DNA of 64,000 nt, taken from assembly GCA_964016885.1 (NCBI GenBank), contig OZ024748.1, forward strand, positions 42,966,001 to 43,030,000, in the 5' to 3' direction. Shown here one piece after another: positions 39,691 to 53,611 of this stretch; position 1 is the stretch's first letter; the number at the start of each line of letters is the position of its first letter. Both the position numbers and the translations under genes were made by a program. This stretch comes from Eledone cirrhosa. Lineage: Eukaryota. The notes under the pieces were generated by a model that saw nothing but the letters and a program-made list of their open reading frames with translations, was not told the DNA's origin and made no database searches.

Positions 39691-41050
39691 CAGGGAAAGC
39701 AGATGTTAAAATGATTATGTATATATACATAGAATATGCACAAATTTATGCACAGTTTCATATGGCATTTGGTAATATTTACTGTTCTCTCTGTGTGTGT
39801 GTGTGTAATATATATATATATATATATAATGTATAATAAACAATACAATATAATTACCTCATTACCAGAGGTTTCCCGAATAACACGAATACGAAAAATG
39901 TCCTCATTCGTTCGTCGGACAAGGCAATTTAAAACATAGTGAAATATTTGAAAAGTCTCCTCAAGAAAGGCAAGAGTTTAACGGGCAAAAAATATATAAA
40001 TAAAAGTAATTCAAGAGATATATAAAAAAATAAGAAAATATAGTTAGGGTATGTGTATATGTATGTATATACACTCACAAATGTACATATGTGTGTATGT
40101 ACAAATGCATGTGTATGGTGAAAGTGTGTGCGTAAGTACATATATGAGGGCAAGTATATTTGTGTATATGTGACCTCAAATACGTAGTATATAATGAGTT
40201 GAAATAGAAATTGTAAGATAATATAGTTAACACGCATCCAGATACAGGTATTAAATACACATACGAGTATGAAAGCACGCGTATAAACACACGCGCGGTC
40301 ACTTATATGCGGAAGATAAAGAGGGAAGGGCGTGTAATAGTAAAAAGAAGTGTCATTCTCGATATATGTATAAAAATGAAACAATATATGAGAATGAAAA
40401 AATTTTTTTAATCAAAGAGAAAGTAATCAATTAACACTAGAGAAAATAAAATAAACATAGGTACGCACGTACACGCACATATATATATATAAAATATTTA
40501 TACACACAAATACGTACAGACAAAAACGCATGCATCCGTACACACGAGGCATGTATATATATATATCGCCACATGTATATCTAATCACACGTACGTACGC
40601 AACTATATATATATACATATATACATACACACCCATACATACATACACATATACCCACATATACATACACATACATATACATTCACCCGCATACACACAC
40701 ACGTATAAATAAGTATGTAAAAAACATAGATATAAAAACACACATTTATATACGTACGCACGCACACATACGGAGGCGTTCATATACAGAACGTATACAC
40801 ACATATTCACGCTCACACGCATAGATACAGATTATAAACCACCCGTACAAATATAAAATCGGCTGCGAAACAACAGAATATATCTGGAGTGGAAAACTCA
40901 AGTGACATGTGATATCAGGTAGTGAAAGAAAATGGGGAAGTAAAATGTGGAATGTGAAGATATTAGGTAAGTGAATCGAAAAGTAGGGGCGGGGGGTGTT
41001 ATTGGTGGATGTGAAGTAAAAATAAAATTAAATCAGAAAGAGAAGTCAAA

Positions 41051-41509
41051 AGTGAATGCCCATTACAAGGTAAATGCAACACCAAAGCTATTGTATATGC
41101 GGCTAAAGTGACAACCATCAGCAACAACCAGCCAGCCACCAGTGAACGATATGTGGGTATGACACAAGACAAATTCAAAACACGTTATTACTCACATGTC
41201 GCATCTTTCCGACATCCAGAAAAAAGATTCACAACAGCTCTGGCTAGCAGAATATGGGATTTGAAAGACCAAGGTATCCAATATAAATTGGATTGGTCAA
41301 TTTTGAACCAATCTAAAGAATATGCAAGAGGAACAAGAAGATGCACACTCTGCATAAGTGAAAAATATTGGATATTACAGAACCTTAAATCACCAAAAAC
41401 CTGCCTAAATACAAAAACAGAAATTTTCACCAGTTGCCCACACATGAAATCACACTTGCTTTCCAGCTCATATAAACTTAACTCACTTTCAGATACTTAT
41501 CCTCCATAA
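41051..41509 (+). pseudogene. GIY-YIG endonuclease domain of a Penelope-like element (no RT, no true start)
   Basis: ECPLQGKCNTKAIVYAAKV...YVGMTQDKFKTRYYSH...WSIL...CTLCISEK...LNTKTE...CPH gives the VY..YVG motifs, catalytic R, E and N, and Cys/His clusters. Confidence 0.85.
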
Positions 41510-42574
41510 ACTCTTATTCTTCACTTTCCTTAAATTATCCTCTTTACAGACTTCTCTTTCTGATTTAATTTTATTTTTATTTTTACTTCACATCCACCAG
41601 TAACCCCCCCCCCCCCTACTTTTCGATTCACTTACCTAATATCTTCACATTCCACATTTTACTTCCCCATTTTCATTCACTACCTGATATTACATGTCAC
41701 TTGAGTTTTCCACTCCAGATATATTCTGTTCTTTCGCAGCTGATTTTATATTTGTACGGGTGGTTTATAATCTGTATCTATGCGTGTGAGCGTGAATATG
41801 TGTGTATACGTTCTGTATATGTATATGAACGCCTCCGTATGTGTGCGTGCGTACGTATATAAATGTGTGTATGTGTGTTTTTATATCTATGTTTTTTACA
41901 TACTTATTTATACGTGTGTGTGTATGCGGGTGAATGTATGTGTATGTATATGTGTGTATATGTATATGTATGTATATATGTATATATATATATATATAGT
42001 CGCGTACGTACGTGTGATTAGATATACATGTGGCGATATATATATATACATGCCTCGTGTGTATGTATGTACGCATGCATGCGCTTTTGTCTACGTATTT
42101 GTGTGTATAAATATTTTTTTATATATATTTGTGCGTGTACGTGCGTACCTATGTTTATTTTATTTTCTCTAGTGTTAATTGATTACTTTCTCTTTGATTT
42201 AAAAAATTTTTTCATTCTCATATATTGTTTCATTTTTATACATATATCGAGAATGACACTTCTTTTTACTATTACACTCCCTTCCCTCTTTATCTTCCGC
42301 ATATAAGTGACCGCGCGCGCGCGTGTTTATACGCGTGCTTTCATACTCGTATGTGTATTTAATACTTGTATCTGGATGCGTGTTAACTATATTATCTTAC
42401 AATTTCTTTTTCAACTCATATACGTATTTGAGGTCACATATGCACAAATATACTTGCCCTCATATATGTACTTACGCACACTCTTTCACCATACACATGC
42501 ATTTGTACATACACACATATGTACATTTGTGAGTGTATATACATACATTTACATATGTATGTATATACATATGT

Positions 42575-43095
42575 AAATGTACAAGCTGAAGCATATAGAC
42601 AATATGCCCCCCCCCCCCCCTCCCGCAAGATGGTCGTGGAGGTGCCACGGAAAAAAAGCACCCAGCCCACACTGTAAAGTGGACGTGTAGGCGCCACGGA
42701 AAAAAGTACTCAGCACTCACGGTAAATGAGGTTGGTGTTAGGAAGAGCATCCAGCTGTAGAAACCAAGCCAAATCAGTTCCTGTATGAGCAAGGCATGGT
42801 CAGCCGACCAGACACTGCCCACAACAGGACAACCCGTCTAACCCATGCTAGCGTGGAAGAACGGACGTAAAACGGTGATGATGATGATGATGATGATACA
42901 TATGTAGGTAACATGGTAAAAACCTCCCAGTCCACATTGTAAATGTAGCTGGTGTTAGGAAGGGCATCCAGCCGTAGAAAACCCACCAGACAGTCCTATA
43001 CGAGCAGGACAACCAATCTTGCTTCAAGTGGGGAAAACTCCCGTCCAAACCCATGCAAGCGTGGAAGATGGATGTTAAACGATGATGATGATGAT
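42575..43095 (+). mobile_element. Two tandem RTE-UTR/SINE fragments nested in the Penelope arm
   Basis: Each has GGTGTTAGGAAGRGCATCCAGC and a CCCATGC...(GAT)n tail. They are absent from the left arm. Confidence 0.8.
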
Positions 43096-43400
43096 ACACA
43101 TACCCAAACTATATTTTCTTATTTTTTTATATATCTCTTGAATTACTTTTATTTATATATTTTTTGCCTGTTAAACTCTTGCCTTTCTTGAGGAGACCTT
43201 TTCAAATATTTCACTATGTTTTAAATTGCCTTGTCCGACGAACGAATGAGGACGTTTTTTGTATTCGTCTTATTCGGGAAACCTCTGGTAATGAGGTAAT
43301 TATATTGTATTATTTATTATACATTAAATCTTGCTCTGGTACTTACATAGAGCACTCTTCACTCCTATGACTTTTTCATTTTTCAACGGAAACTTCAATA

Positions 43401-43461
<61 letters not shown>

Positions 43462-43602
43462 TCATCATCATTTTACGTCGCTTTTCCCTTTTTCCCTGCT
43501 TGCAAGAGATGTCAACATGAATGGACCTGTTATTTTTATCTAAAGACATTTTTTCCTATTCCACCCCACCCGTCACCTCAGTCTATTTAATTTCTCATTT
43601 TT

Positions 43603-43638
43603 TCTTCTGATGAAGGACAAGTGTCCGAAACGTTAAGA
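43603..43638 (+). ncRNA. Minimal type I hammerhead ribozyme (PLE type)
   Basis: UCUU CUGAUGA A GGAC AAGU GUCC GAAA CG UU AAGA. Stem II is kept while its loop differs from the 27963 copy. Confidence 0.78.
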
Positions 43639-44031
43639 CCCTCTTCCTGCTATATCAAGTGTTAACCTATTATATCCCTTCCATATACTGTACCGATTGT
43701 GTTGTTATTTCTGTATGTATATTTGCTGCCTTCATTCTGAAGCAGGACAGTTAATGTGACTGTGTTGGTGTCAATCTACCAGTTAATATATCAACTGTTA
43801 TTATCACTCCACAGTTCATCAACTCTAACTTTACCTCCTCTACTATTTCTATTCCTCTCAACTGTTATTCTTCTATTCCTCTCAACTGTTATTCTTCTAT
43901 TCCTCAACTGTTATTCTTCTATTCCTCTCAACTGTGATTCTAGTTGGTAAAGATGTCTTTTTAAAATAACATTTTCCTCAAACTATGATTGTTTTAGTCA
44001 ATGACTTGTTATTCCATGTCGAAACTAAGGC

Positions 44032-44365
44032 TTAAACTTTTCTATAATTACATTATAACTGGGTCCCTTAAACTTTTCTATAATTACATTAAAATGAGGA
44101 CCCTTAGCTTTCTATAATTACATTAAAACGAGGTCTCTTAGCTTTCTATAATTACATTAAAACTGGGTCCCTTAAACCTTTCTATAATTACATTTAAATT
44201 GGGTCCCGTAAACCTTTCTATAATTACACTAAGACGAGGTCCCCTAAACCTTTCTATAATTACATTAAAACTGGATCCCCTAAACCTTTCTGTAATTACA
44301 TTAAAACTGGGTCCCTTACCTTTTTATAATTACATTCAAACAGGGTCCCTTAAAACCTTCTATTA
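44032..44365. repeat. About 35-37-bp degenerate minisatellite
   Basis: TTTCTATAATTACATTAAAACTGGGTCCCTTAAACC-like units. Confidence 0.85.
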
Positions 44366-45442
44366 TAATTACCTGTTTAATTACTTGCTGGCCTTGTGCC
44401 TAAAGTAGAAACAATTATAATTACCTGTTTACATAGCTTAGACTAAACTGTTTAATTACACTGACCTCAAGGTAAGGCATTTGCTGTCCTTATGCTCAAC
44501 TTTTAAGTAGTTGCTGCTTAATAACATCACTCCACACCCCACTATCTTTCATCTCAGTAGTATATCATTGTACTTAGACACAGTCTGCTTTCCTCATAGA
44601 GATATCGCCATGGTACATTGAATATCAGCCACTTTATATCACATCTCCTCCTCCCCCTTAGGATCTCCTCAATTCCTTTCATCTCTACATTTCCTCACTA
44701 AACCTAGCATTCCTCAACATACCTCTGCTACTCTCTACATTACTACTATCACCTTGTCAGCCATATCATATTTGATAAGTTGCTCCAACAAGTCTTCATG
44801 TGTGGTTTTCTGCTGCCCTCCCCTCTTCTATGAAATCCTACCTGTACTCTTCACTTAGTATTATATTGCTAACTCAGGTTGGTTGTTAAATGTTTTTATC
44901 TAATTCAACTATGAAAATTTATCTTCCATAACACCTTTAAGCTTCTTCCCTGGGTATTTCCTGACTACCTGCTTCAAACTGTCTTTCACTATTCTTAATA
45001 TATATAAATATCACATTACAACCCTCCTGTGTATGGTAGAGGTGGTGTTATGGTGGTGTTGGTGGTACATTCCTTTTCTTGGATTGCCTCAATGCCTTTT
45101 TTTTTCACTGTTTGCCCTACCTTGTGTGTGTGTGTGTGTAATTGGCATCATAGTCAATAAATGGTTATTTCCAAGTTGTGTATATTTTGTTTGCAATAAG
45201 CCCTAAGTTTATAAATCATCCAACAATTTTTAGAGCTCGGTTCCCTCATTATCCACTCAACTGTCTCAAATAAAATGAACAAAATTATTTTGTTTACTCT
45301 GTGAGTGTGTGTGTGTGTTTGTGTGTGTATATATATATATGTATATACTCCTGTAGAATTCACATCTTTTCTGAAGAAAATATGACGTGTAAACCTAGCA
45401 TGTGACTTATCTACTGGGCCTACACCTCAATTATATATATAT

Positions 45443-45816
45443 GGAAGCACATGGCTTAGTGGTTAGAGCATTGGGCTTGCAATCGATAGGTTGTGAGTTC
45501 AATTCTCAGACTAGGTGATGTGTTGTTTCCTTGAGCAAGACACTTTATTTCACATTACTCCAGTTTACTCAGCTGTAGAAATGAGATGATAGGACTGGGG
45601 TCCCTATCATTCCACTGCAAAGTGGTCGTGGAGGTGCCATGCCAAAAAAGCACCCAGCCCACACTGTAAAGTGGACGTGTAGCGCCACGGAAAAAAAAGC
45701 ACCCAGCACTCACTGTAAATGAGGTTGGTGTTAGGAAGGGCATCCAGCTGTAGAAATCAAGCCAGAATCGGTTCCCGTCCCACCCTTGCAAGCAGGGAAA
45801 AGCGGACGTAAAATGA

Positions 45817-45820
<4 letters not shown>
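45443..45820 (+). mobile_element. SINE family A, full length
   Basis: Same head, CORE-like body and RTE tail as 29628. Confidence 0.88.
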
Positions 45821-45854
<34 letters not shown>

Positions 45855-47607
45855 CATCATCATCATCATCGTTTAACATCCACTTTCTATGCTAGCATGA
45901 GTTAGACGGGTTGTCTCATTTGATACAAGTTGGGCCAGTTGTCTGTGTCTTGCTCATGTAGAACTAATTTCTACAGCTGGATACCCTTCCTAATGTCAAC
46001 CACATATATGATGACTAGTAAGACATAACTTGCAAAAATATGCATGTATATTGTTATATGTATATGTATGTGTGTTTGTCAGTCACACAGAAAATATACA
46101 CATGTAGCAAAAATATAATGTATATAGTTATATGAATATGTATGTTGTGTATATGCAGTCACACAGAAAATATACACATGTAGAAAAAATATGTATATAT
46201 ATGAATATGTATGTATTTTGTGTATATGCAGTCACACAGAAAATATACACGTGTATATAGTTGTATAGTATTACTTCCTTTATATATATGTTTACCAAAC
46301 AATAATAGTTGGTGCCTAAGTAGGAAAAGAATTTGTTATAATTCAGGTGAATAATAAAACCAGTCAGATGTTGAACTACTAAAACATTCTTATTGTTGCA
46401 TTCATGGTCTAGATTCATAAAATCTGGGTCAATTTCTGTGTTGTTCATTATTTATGTAATATGTAAATCAAGGAGGCATCTCTTGTGTACATGCATAGCT
46501 GCATATAAATACCAAATGCAACAGTCTCTGTTATGTATGCATATACATCCTCCATTTATTTTACATAAATCAAAACGAGAATAAATTAAGTTTGTTAATT
46601 TACAAAACAATGGAAACTTGGAGATAATCTTCATATATGTTTGAATATCCTGTTGATATATATTTAGATTCCACCTCTGTTTGTCAGCTTTTCCCATCAT
46701 TCAAGAGCAGAGAGTAGAGAAATATGTTAATGTTTGCTAATACCATAAATCTAGTTTATTGTTCTTATGTGTAAGACTCTTCTTATTTATTCATTATTCC
46801 AAATGTCCGATAATTAATTATATGTACTTTTCTTTTTTTCTTGTTTATTTTGTTTCATGATTATCTTCTTGTATAATCTTAAGTTTTGAATTAATGTAAC
46901 CCATTTTCTCTCCCCACATCTTCGCTCCCATAAAAGATAAAAGAAATTTGTCTAAAAAAAACTTCCTGGTTGTGATTAAACAAAATTCAGAAATTAGCCT
47001 GTCTGTCGATTGGAACACTTTATAGAGTAATGGTAGTTGTACTGTTAATGTTACTTAAAACTTAGATGTTCTGTAATAATAGTCTAAATAAATGTATCAG
47101 AAGTGATCTAATTAGATCTTTAAATATTCATTTTATTAAGACTAAATAGTGAGTCTTGTTACTTCTCACATGGTCATCCACCCTGTGAGAAGCAGGTGAA
47201 ACTCCAGAGTAACAAGGCTCACTATTTAACCTTAATAAAATAAATATTTAAAGCCTACTTAGGTATTGAGTATTCTTTTCTGTCAGCTGTCAACTACATA
47301 CGGATGTGTGTGTGTGTGGTAATAAGTAAGGACGAGGCGTGAAATTATTAAATTTATTCAGGTGTGATGTGCGTTCTGTGATTGATCAACTCAAGGTTTG
47401 ATCTCTATTGATCAGGCCCAACTCTTAAATCAAGAACATTTCAAAGCTCAAATATGATTTTATAGTCCACAGTGAGAGTTTAATCCAGTTTGATAAATTT
47501 CCAGTAAATAAAGAATAATCAATTAAATGATTTAATTTAATCTAAATCCTAGCTATTCTTTTTTTAACAAAATGAAAAATAACCAAGGTGTCCTACATGA
47601 GTGAAAG

Positions 47608-47817
47608 TATAAGGAAAAAAGATGAAATCGAAAATACAACTGGAGTCTTTTTTTTTAAAAATATATATATTTATTTGGTTCTTTTACCAGTTTCGCAGTT
47701 CTTCTGCTTTTCAAAAGTAGAATTGAGATGGAGGGTTTGTGGTTTTTCTCTGAACCAAATAAATATATATATTTAAAAAAAAAAGACTCCAGTTGCATTT
47801 TCGATTTCATATTTTTT

Positions 47818-47824
<7 letters not shown>
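47608..47824. repeat. Inverted repeat (about 72-bp arms) abutting (TA)n, with a degenerate hammerhead-like spacer
   Basis: Arms 47608-47681 and 47752-47824. The minus-strand spacer reads UUGAAAA GCAG AAGAA CUGC GAAAC UG GUA. Confidence 0.6.
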
Positions 47825-47875
<51 letters not shown>

Positions 47876-48176
47876 TTAGAACCAATTTAAAACTAGTTAG
47901 ATCATTACTCAACAGAGTACTTAATAATATATATATATAATTTTAATAATAATAAGTGTTGCTATTATTGGGTATATACCTAACCAGAAGGTTTAAAGTT
48001 CAATGCAGTAGGGTTGGTTCATGCAGAGCTGATAATTTTATATAATTTTAGTGTTTTTAGGTAATCCTTAAAAATGTCTTATTTGACAATATAAGCCGAT
48101 GATGGGAACAACTTTAGTAGCGTTAATCTACTTTGGAAGAAAAAAGAAATGTTTCATTGTTGATTGTTTTTATTAG

Positions 48177-48278
48177 TTATTGTGACTCCATCGCCGTCAT
48201 CTCCATCTTCCCCATCATGTGGAGCAACACAGTTTCCTTACAAACGTCGTGCCAGTGCTGGCAACCTTCTGCTCGTTG
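48177..48278 (+). CDS. CLASP: Candidate CLASP cassette exon (102 nt, phase 1-1)
   Basis: TTTTTATTAG acceptor and GTAAGA donor. IVTPSPSSPSSPSCGATQFPYKRRASAGNLLLV preserves the frame between 37793 and 52746, and the sequence is GC-richer than its flanks. Confidence 0.6.
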
Positions 48279-48538
48279 GTAAGACCCCTCCACTCCGAAA
48301 TAGCATGTCTTCTGGTGTGTGTGTGTGTATGCTCCATTTAGTGTGGACTGTCGACTGCTTGCTCTGTTCCATCATTTCCTTCTCTCAAACCAAGAGATGA
48401 GCCAACACTACATAATGAGCTACATACAATATTGCAGTTAATACTGTCTCTCTTTTTCTATTTTATTTATGTCTTGCCTTTCAGGATAACCCAGTAATGA
48501 TGTGGACCCTGGTTTTCATTTTGCTCCCCATACCTTAA

Positions 48539-48758
48539 CTCTTTAGCATTTAAACCGGCCGTATCTGGCCAGGATTCTCTCACCTCTTTCTGTTCAAACT
48601 GGTCATAACCTGCCACTCATACTGACATTAAGGTATTGTTCTCAAAATAAATAATGAAAAAATATCATCAAAATCTCGTAGATTCCATATTATGTGAGAT
48701 AAAGCCTTTACTATAAAACTACAATAGTAAATTTGATAGTAATGTAAATGCTAAAGGG
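48539..48758. mobile_element. piggyBac-like MITE
   Basis: TTAA|CTCTTTAGCATTTA ... TAAATGCTAAAGGG|TTAA. Same family as 14445. Confidence 0.8.
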
Positions 48759-49047
48759 TTAATCAGCTTGTTTCATTGTTTTCTGATGAAACTCAATATT
48801 ATCCCCACCCACAATATATTTGTGATATGCATTGTTATATAGTATATAGGGATGTAAAAAAGACATAAGATGCAAAATATTTGATGTTTTGTTTTTATTG
48901 ATTTTTTTTTTTCTTTGGTTTTTCTTTGGGTTTTGTTTTCCCCTTTCCTCGCCCTTTTTGTGTCTTTTAAAATTGTACTTTTGTACAAATGTCCAGAAAG
49001 AGTGTTTGATCTTTGCTATTTATTTCATGTCACTATGTAGTATATAT

Positions 49048-49395
49048 GGAGGCACATGGCTTAGTGGTTAGAGCATTGGCCTTGCAATCAAAAGGGTGTG
49101 AGTTCAATTCTCAGACCGGCTGATGTGTTGTTTCCTTGAGCAAAGCACTTTATTTCACATTGCTCCAGTTTACTCAGCTGTAGAAATGAGATGATAGGGA
49201 CTGGAGTCCCTATCATTCCACTGCAAAGTGGTCGTGGAGGTGCCACGGGAAAAAAGCACCCAGCACTCACTGTAAATGAGGTTGGTGTTAGGAAGGGCAT
49301 CCAGCTGTAGAAATCAAGCCAGAATCAGTTCCCGTCCCACCCTTGCAAGCAGGGAAAAGTGGACGTAAAATGAAATGATGATGATGGTGATGATA
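49048..49395 (+). mobile_element. SINE family A, full length
   Basis: Same as 29628 and 45443. Confidence 0.88.
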
Positions 49396-52068
49396 TGTAT
49401 ATATATATATGAAATGAAATGGTTTGGAGCAATGAGTGTAAATACTTCGTAAAATTTTTGGAATCTCAAACACAGAAATAGCTGTAAGACAGCCCACTGC
49501 TACATGATTCTAGCTATTTCCACATGATGGCAATTCCAGCCATTTTATGGTATAATTTTACATCCATTTTTCCATGTTTGATTGAGCTGGACGATATATA
49601 TGGGAAGGTGTATGTGTGTGTAGAATTTGCTCACTACATCCTTGTGTGTCTTATGAGGTGTCTAAGAATGTTGGTGCCAGGAATGGCATTCAGGTGTAAG
49701 ACGTTGCTTCAGAAGTGATCCCATGGCATGTGTAAAATCTGTCACGAAGACCATACAGTGCTAACCTGCAGGGAAACTAGCCTTGAAACGCTTGTTGTTG
49801 TTGTTATGTAGACATTGCCTTTTCCCAATATTGTTTACTAACACTAACATTAATATGCTGTTGCGATTGTTTTTTAGAAGATATTTATAGTAGTTGATAG
49901 CTTGTTGGTTTATTTCTAGAATTTCTATTTTAATATTTGCCGAGAGTTTCCAGCAGAATATTTCAACTAGAATAAAGAAATGGTTGTTTGAAGATTACTG
50001 GACATTTTCCAGACTCTTGACGTTAGAGAACTTTTTTCAGCTGGGCTGAGGAGGATGTACGTGTGTATAAGCTGTTTGTACGTACATTTATCTACATACA
50101 CTCTCATCTTCTCCCCAAGTACTTTTCTCAGCTGTGAAATGTATATATACATGAGTGTATAAGAAGTTTGTACATGTATATACACTCTCCTCTCCTGAGA
50201 ACTTTTCTCAGCTGTCAACTGTATATACATTCATATGTGTGTATAAGAAGTTTGTACATACGTCTATATACACTCTCCTCCCCGAGAACTTTTCTTGGCT
50301 GAAATGTATATACATGTATATCTAGAAAGTTCCCCTCCAAGGCAGAAGTCTGGACAAGGTTGTTTGTGGAAGACCAGCCGTTGCCCATACCAGTCTCCCC
50401 CCTACACACCACCAATGTTGTCCAAGGAAAAGGCAAAGGCCAAGCTTGGCGCCAGTGATGTGACAACATATACATAAGACCCTTTTATTAAAATTTTGGT
50501 TTCCTAATTTGCCTTGCCCTTGCTGGGGTTATTATTATTTTTTTGTTTGTTAATTTTGTTGTTTTTATATGTATGATTCTTGCAAGAAATTTTATTAGTT
50601 GAAGTTTTGCATCAATGGTTGATTTTAAAAAAATAAGCGATTAAGGATTTATATTTAATTTATTTTAAGCTGTTATTGAATTAAAACAACTCAACGAAAT
50701 AATGTCTAAACTTCTGCAACAAATTCTCAATATAAATATTTCATTTTTTTATTTTCTGCTTCCAATCCCACAATTTTACTACCATAACTCTTACCTCTGG
50801 TTGTTGTCAGGTGTTGTGACTATTTCTAGATAGGTACATTGTAAATTAAATTGTTGGGGAAGGGTGGGGAGGAGGAGGATAAGCCAATGCCCGTGGACTT
50901 TTCTAATGTTCTCCCTCACCCTCCTCCGTCCTGTTGATTGGTACATGAGAGGAAGAAGGGTATCCTCAAACTGAAAATCTGACCCCAAATACTAACAAGT
51001 GTAGATTCTGCTGAAGACAGTTAAAGACCGAGTGGAGGTGGTCATTGTTGTGATAAACTGGGTGACAGATTATGTCTACCACCAAAAGAGGTTGTGTTAA
51101 AGTAGTGACCGATAATGTCCACCACTCAAGGGCCATGAGGTGGTGTTAAACTGGGTAATAGATTATGTCTTATCACCAAAGAACCAGGTGGTGGTGTTAA
51201 ATTGGGTGACTGGTTAAGTCTACCACCCAAGTAAGCTACACAGCATGATTTGAACTCGGTGCTGAAATCCAGGCTCAAGTTAACGGGATGCCTGTCACTG
51301 ATCTGAGATTAAACTGATCCAAGAAAAAGTTGTGTAACTGGAAACTACAGAAGTTGAGATTAATAATCCAGAAAATTTAAATTACAGAGAAATAGTTGTG
51401 GAAAGTACCATAAATACTTGAATATAAACTGAGGAATATAAGACGAAAGAATTGATAGTAAAATGATTGGGGGGGGGGGGGGGGCATCTTAATATGTGTT
51501 GATTAGCTGCTTTGGCTTATAAACAGGGTTTGGATTTTTGCTCATTTCTCAAACATAAAATGGGAGGTGGGTACTTATATTCAAGTACTTACGCTACTTT
51601 CTATTTTATTTTGTGTCTGAACTAATATGAGGAACATTTGATTTCAGTCATCTTGTAGCCAAGTCTGTTACTATAGATATAATATGAAGTAAATAAAGTG
51701 TTCAGTTTTTGTAAACTTGAGCACTCCGTGTGATCTGGTGGCTTTTTTTATTTTATTTTTTTTGCTTTCGCTGCTGTGATACTTCTGTGAAATGCATTCT
51801 CAGCATGCTTATCATGGCTGCATGGATTTCTAAAATGATGAAGTTTACTAAATTATCTTTGTTTTGTTTAATAATCTTGAATAAAGTATATATAGACGTG
51901 TCGGACATTGGTCCTTCATCAGAAGATAGAATGATAGAATATATAGAAAGGTAGAGTAAGAAAAGAAGAAAACATGAAAAGAAAATTATTTTCAGGAAGA
52001 TAACACATGTAGTCGTGTGTGTATGAATATATATATATGGTCAATTTATACCTTTAAACAATTATTTG

Positions 52069-52114
<46 letters not shown>

Positions 52115-52139
52115 TTCTATATATATATACATATATTTC

Positions 52140-52196
<57 letters not shown>

Positions 52197-52745
52197 TTCT
52201 ATATATATATACATATATATATATATATTTCTATATATATATATATATTTCTATATATATATATATATGTATATTTCAAGATTTTATTTTGTTTAAAGGA
52301 CATCAATTTTTTGTAACATTTAGTCTAAGAATTTTTTTTTCCAAGCTGTTTAGTACTTCATTATAAACAACTAGCTATTTTCAGGTAATCATATTTAAGA
52401 TAAAATATATTTTTGTCTTAGAATCTTTTGGAAATTATTTCTTAAAGAAAATTAATAACTTTTCAATATTTTATTCTCAGAATGCTGAAATATCTTTAAT
52501 TTCCAAGAATATTATTATTACAATTTGTGTTCTGCTTCTTTCCAAATCATGCCGAGTGTCAACCTGACACCTGAGGCTAAATTTGGTAATACATACATTT
52601 TACAATCAATTGTCACAGAAATGATGCCATTAACTCCTGTGGTTAATAAAGAAAGCATTATTATTATAATTATTATCATTATTATTAAGGATTCTTTGTA
52701 AGCTTTCTATGTATTCCAGCTAAATAAATTAATTTTGTTTTACAG

Positions 52746-52822
52746 CAAGGCAAGAGAGCAGTGCTGGAGCAGTGGATGAAGAGTTGTTCATAAAATCATT
52801 TGAAGATGTTACAAAAGTTCAG
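52746..52822 (+). CDS. CLASP: CLASP exon
   Basis: RQESSAGAVDEELFIKSFEDVTKVQ matches the CLASP GAGAVDEEDFIKAFDDVP motif. AG/GT boundaries. Confidence 0.93.
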
Positions 52823-52989
52823 GTAAGAATCTTTTTTCCTCCTCACTGTGTTTTTTCTTCTTTTTTTTTTTTACCTGATCTCTTTAACGCCCTACCTTTT
52901 AGAATTTGCACTTTTTAATGTTCAAAGTAATCTACAAGTTGACCAATGTCTTTTGAGTGAAATTTGGTGGACAGAAACTCTGTAGAAGC

Positions 52990-53032
<43 letters not shown>

Positions 53033-53611
53033 ATACACATTTGCTGTTTGTTTGTATTCTATAATTTGTGGTGATTCAACAGAGGGAGGTGAATAAACTA
53101 AGTACCAGGCTTAAAAATATCAGTTCTGAGGTTGATATGATTGACTAAATCCCTTAAAGGTAATGAGTGCCCCAGCATGGCCACTCTAATAAAATCAATA
53201 AAAGAAGAATCATTGGTAAATAGTTACTTCTGTTTCAAGGTGGAATATGACAACTTTCAGGCCTTGGTTTGTTTTTGTGAAAGGCATCAGATATTTACAT
53301 CCATACCAGTTGCCTCTCTGGACCCAAGAGTGATGTACTGGTGATATAAAGGGGTGAGAGTTAGGTGAGAAAAAAACATCGTCCTCTGTTGATTGAGGCT
53401 ATTTTAGCAGGAAAAATAGTCATAAAATGCTGTATATATGTATGGTCCTGTAACTCCCGATGGAGTCATAGGGGCTCCTTATTGATATACAGTATTTCTA
53501 GGACATTTTAAAACCTGACAGAGCCCATCTCCTCTCTGTATAACAAATCCATCGAACCCATACCAGTATTTATAAACATGTTGAAATAATTTCTTTCTCA
53601 ATCTCTTCCAG

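Larger units (their letters stand above)
39826..43405 (+). mobile_element. 5'-truncated Penelope-like element with inverted pseudo-LTR
   Basis: The left arm ~39826-41047 is the reverse complement of the right arm ~41549-43325 (interrupted by a later insertion at ~42575-43095). A GIY-YIG fragment lies between the arms, and a tail runs into (TA)n. Confidence 0.85.

Noticed and set aside
51700-51830. Possible CLASP microexon near a TGCATG motif
   Set aside because: No AG/GT pair giving the required phase 1-1 open frame was found.
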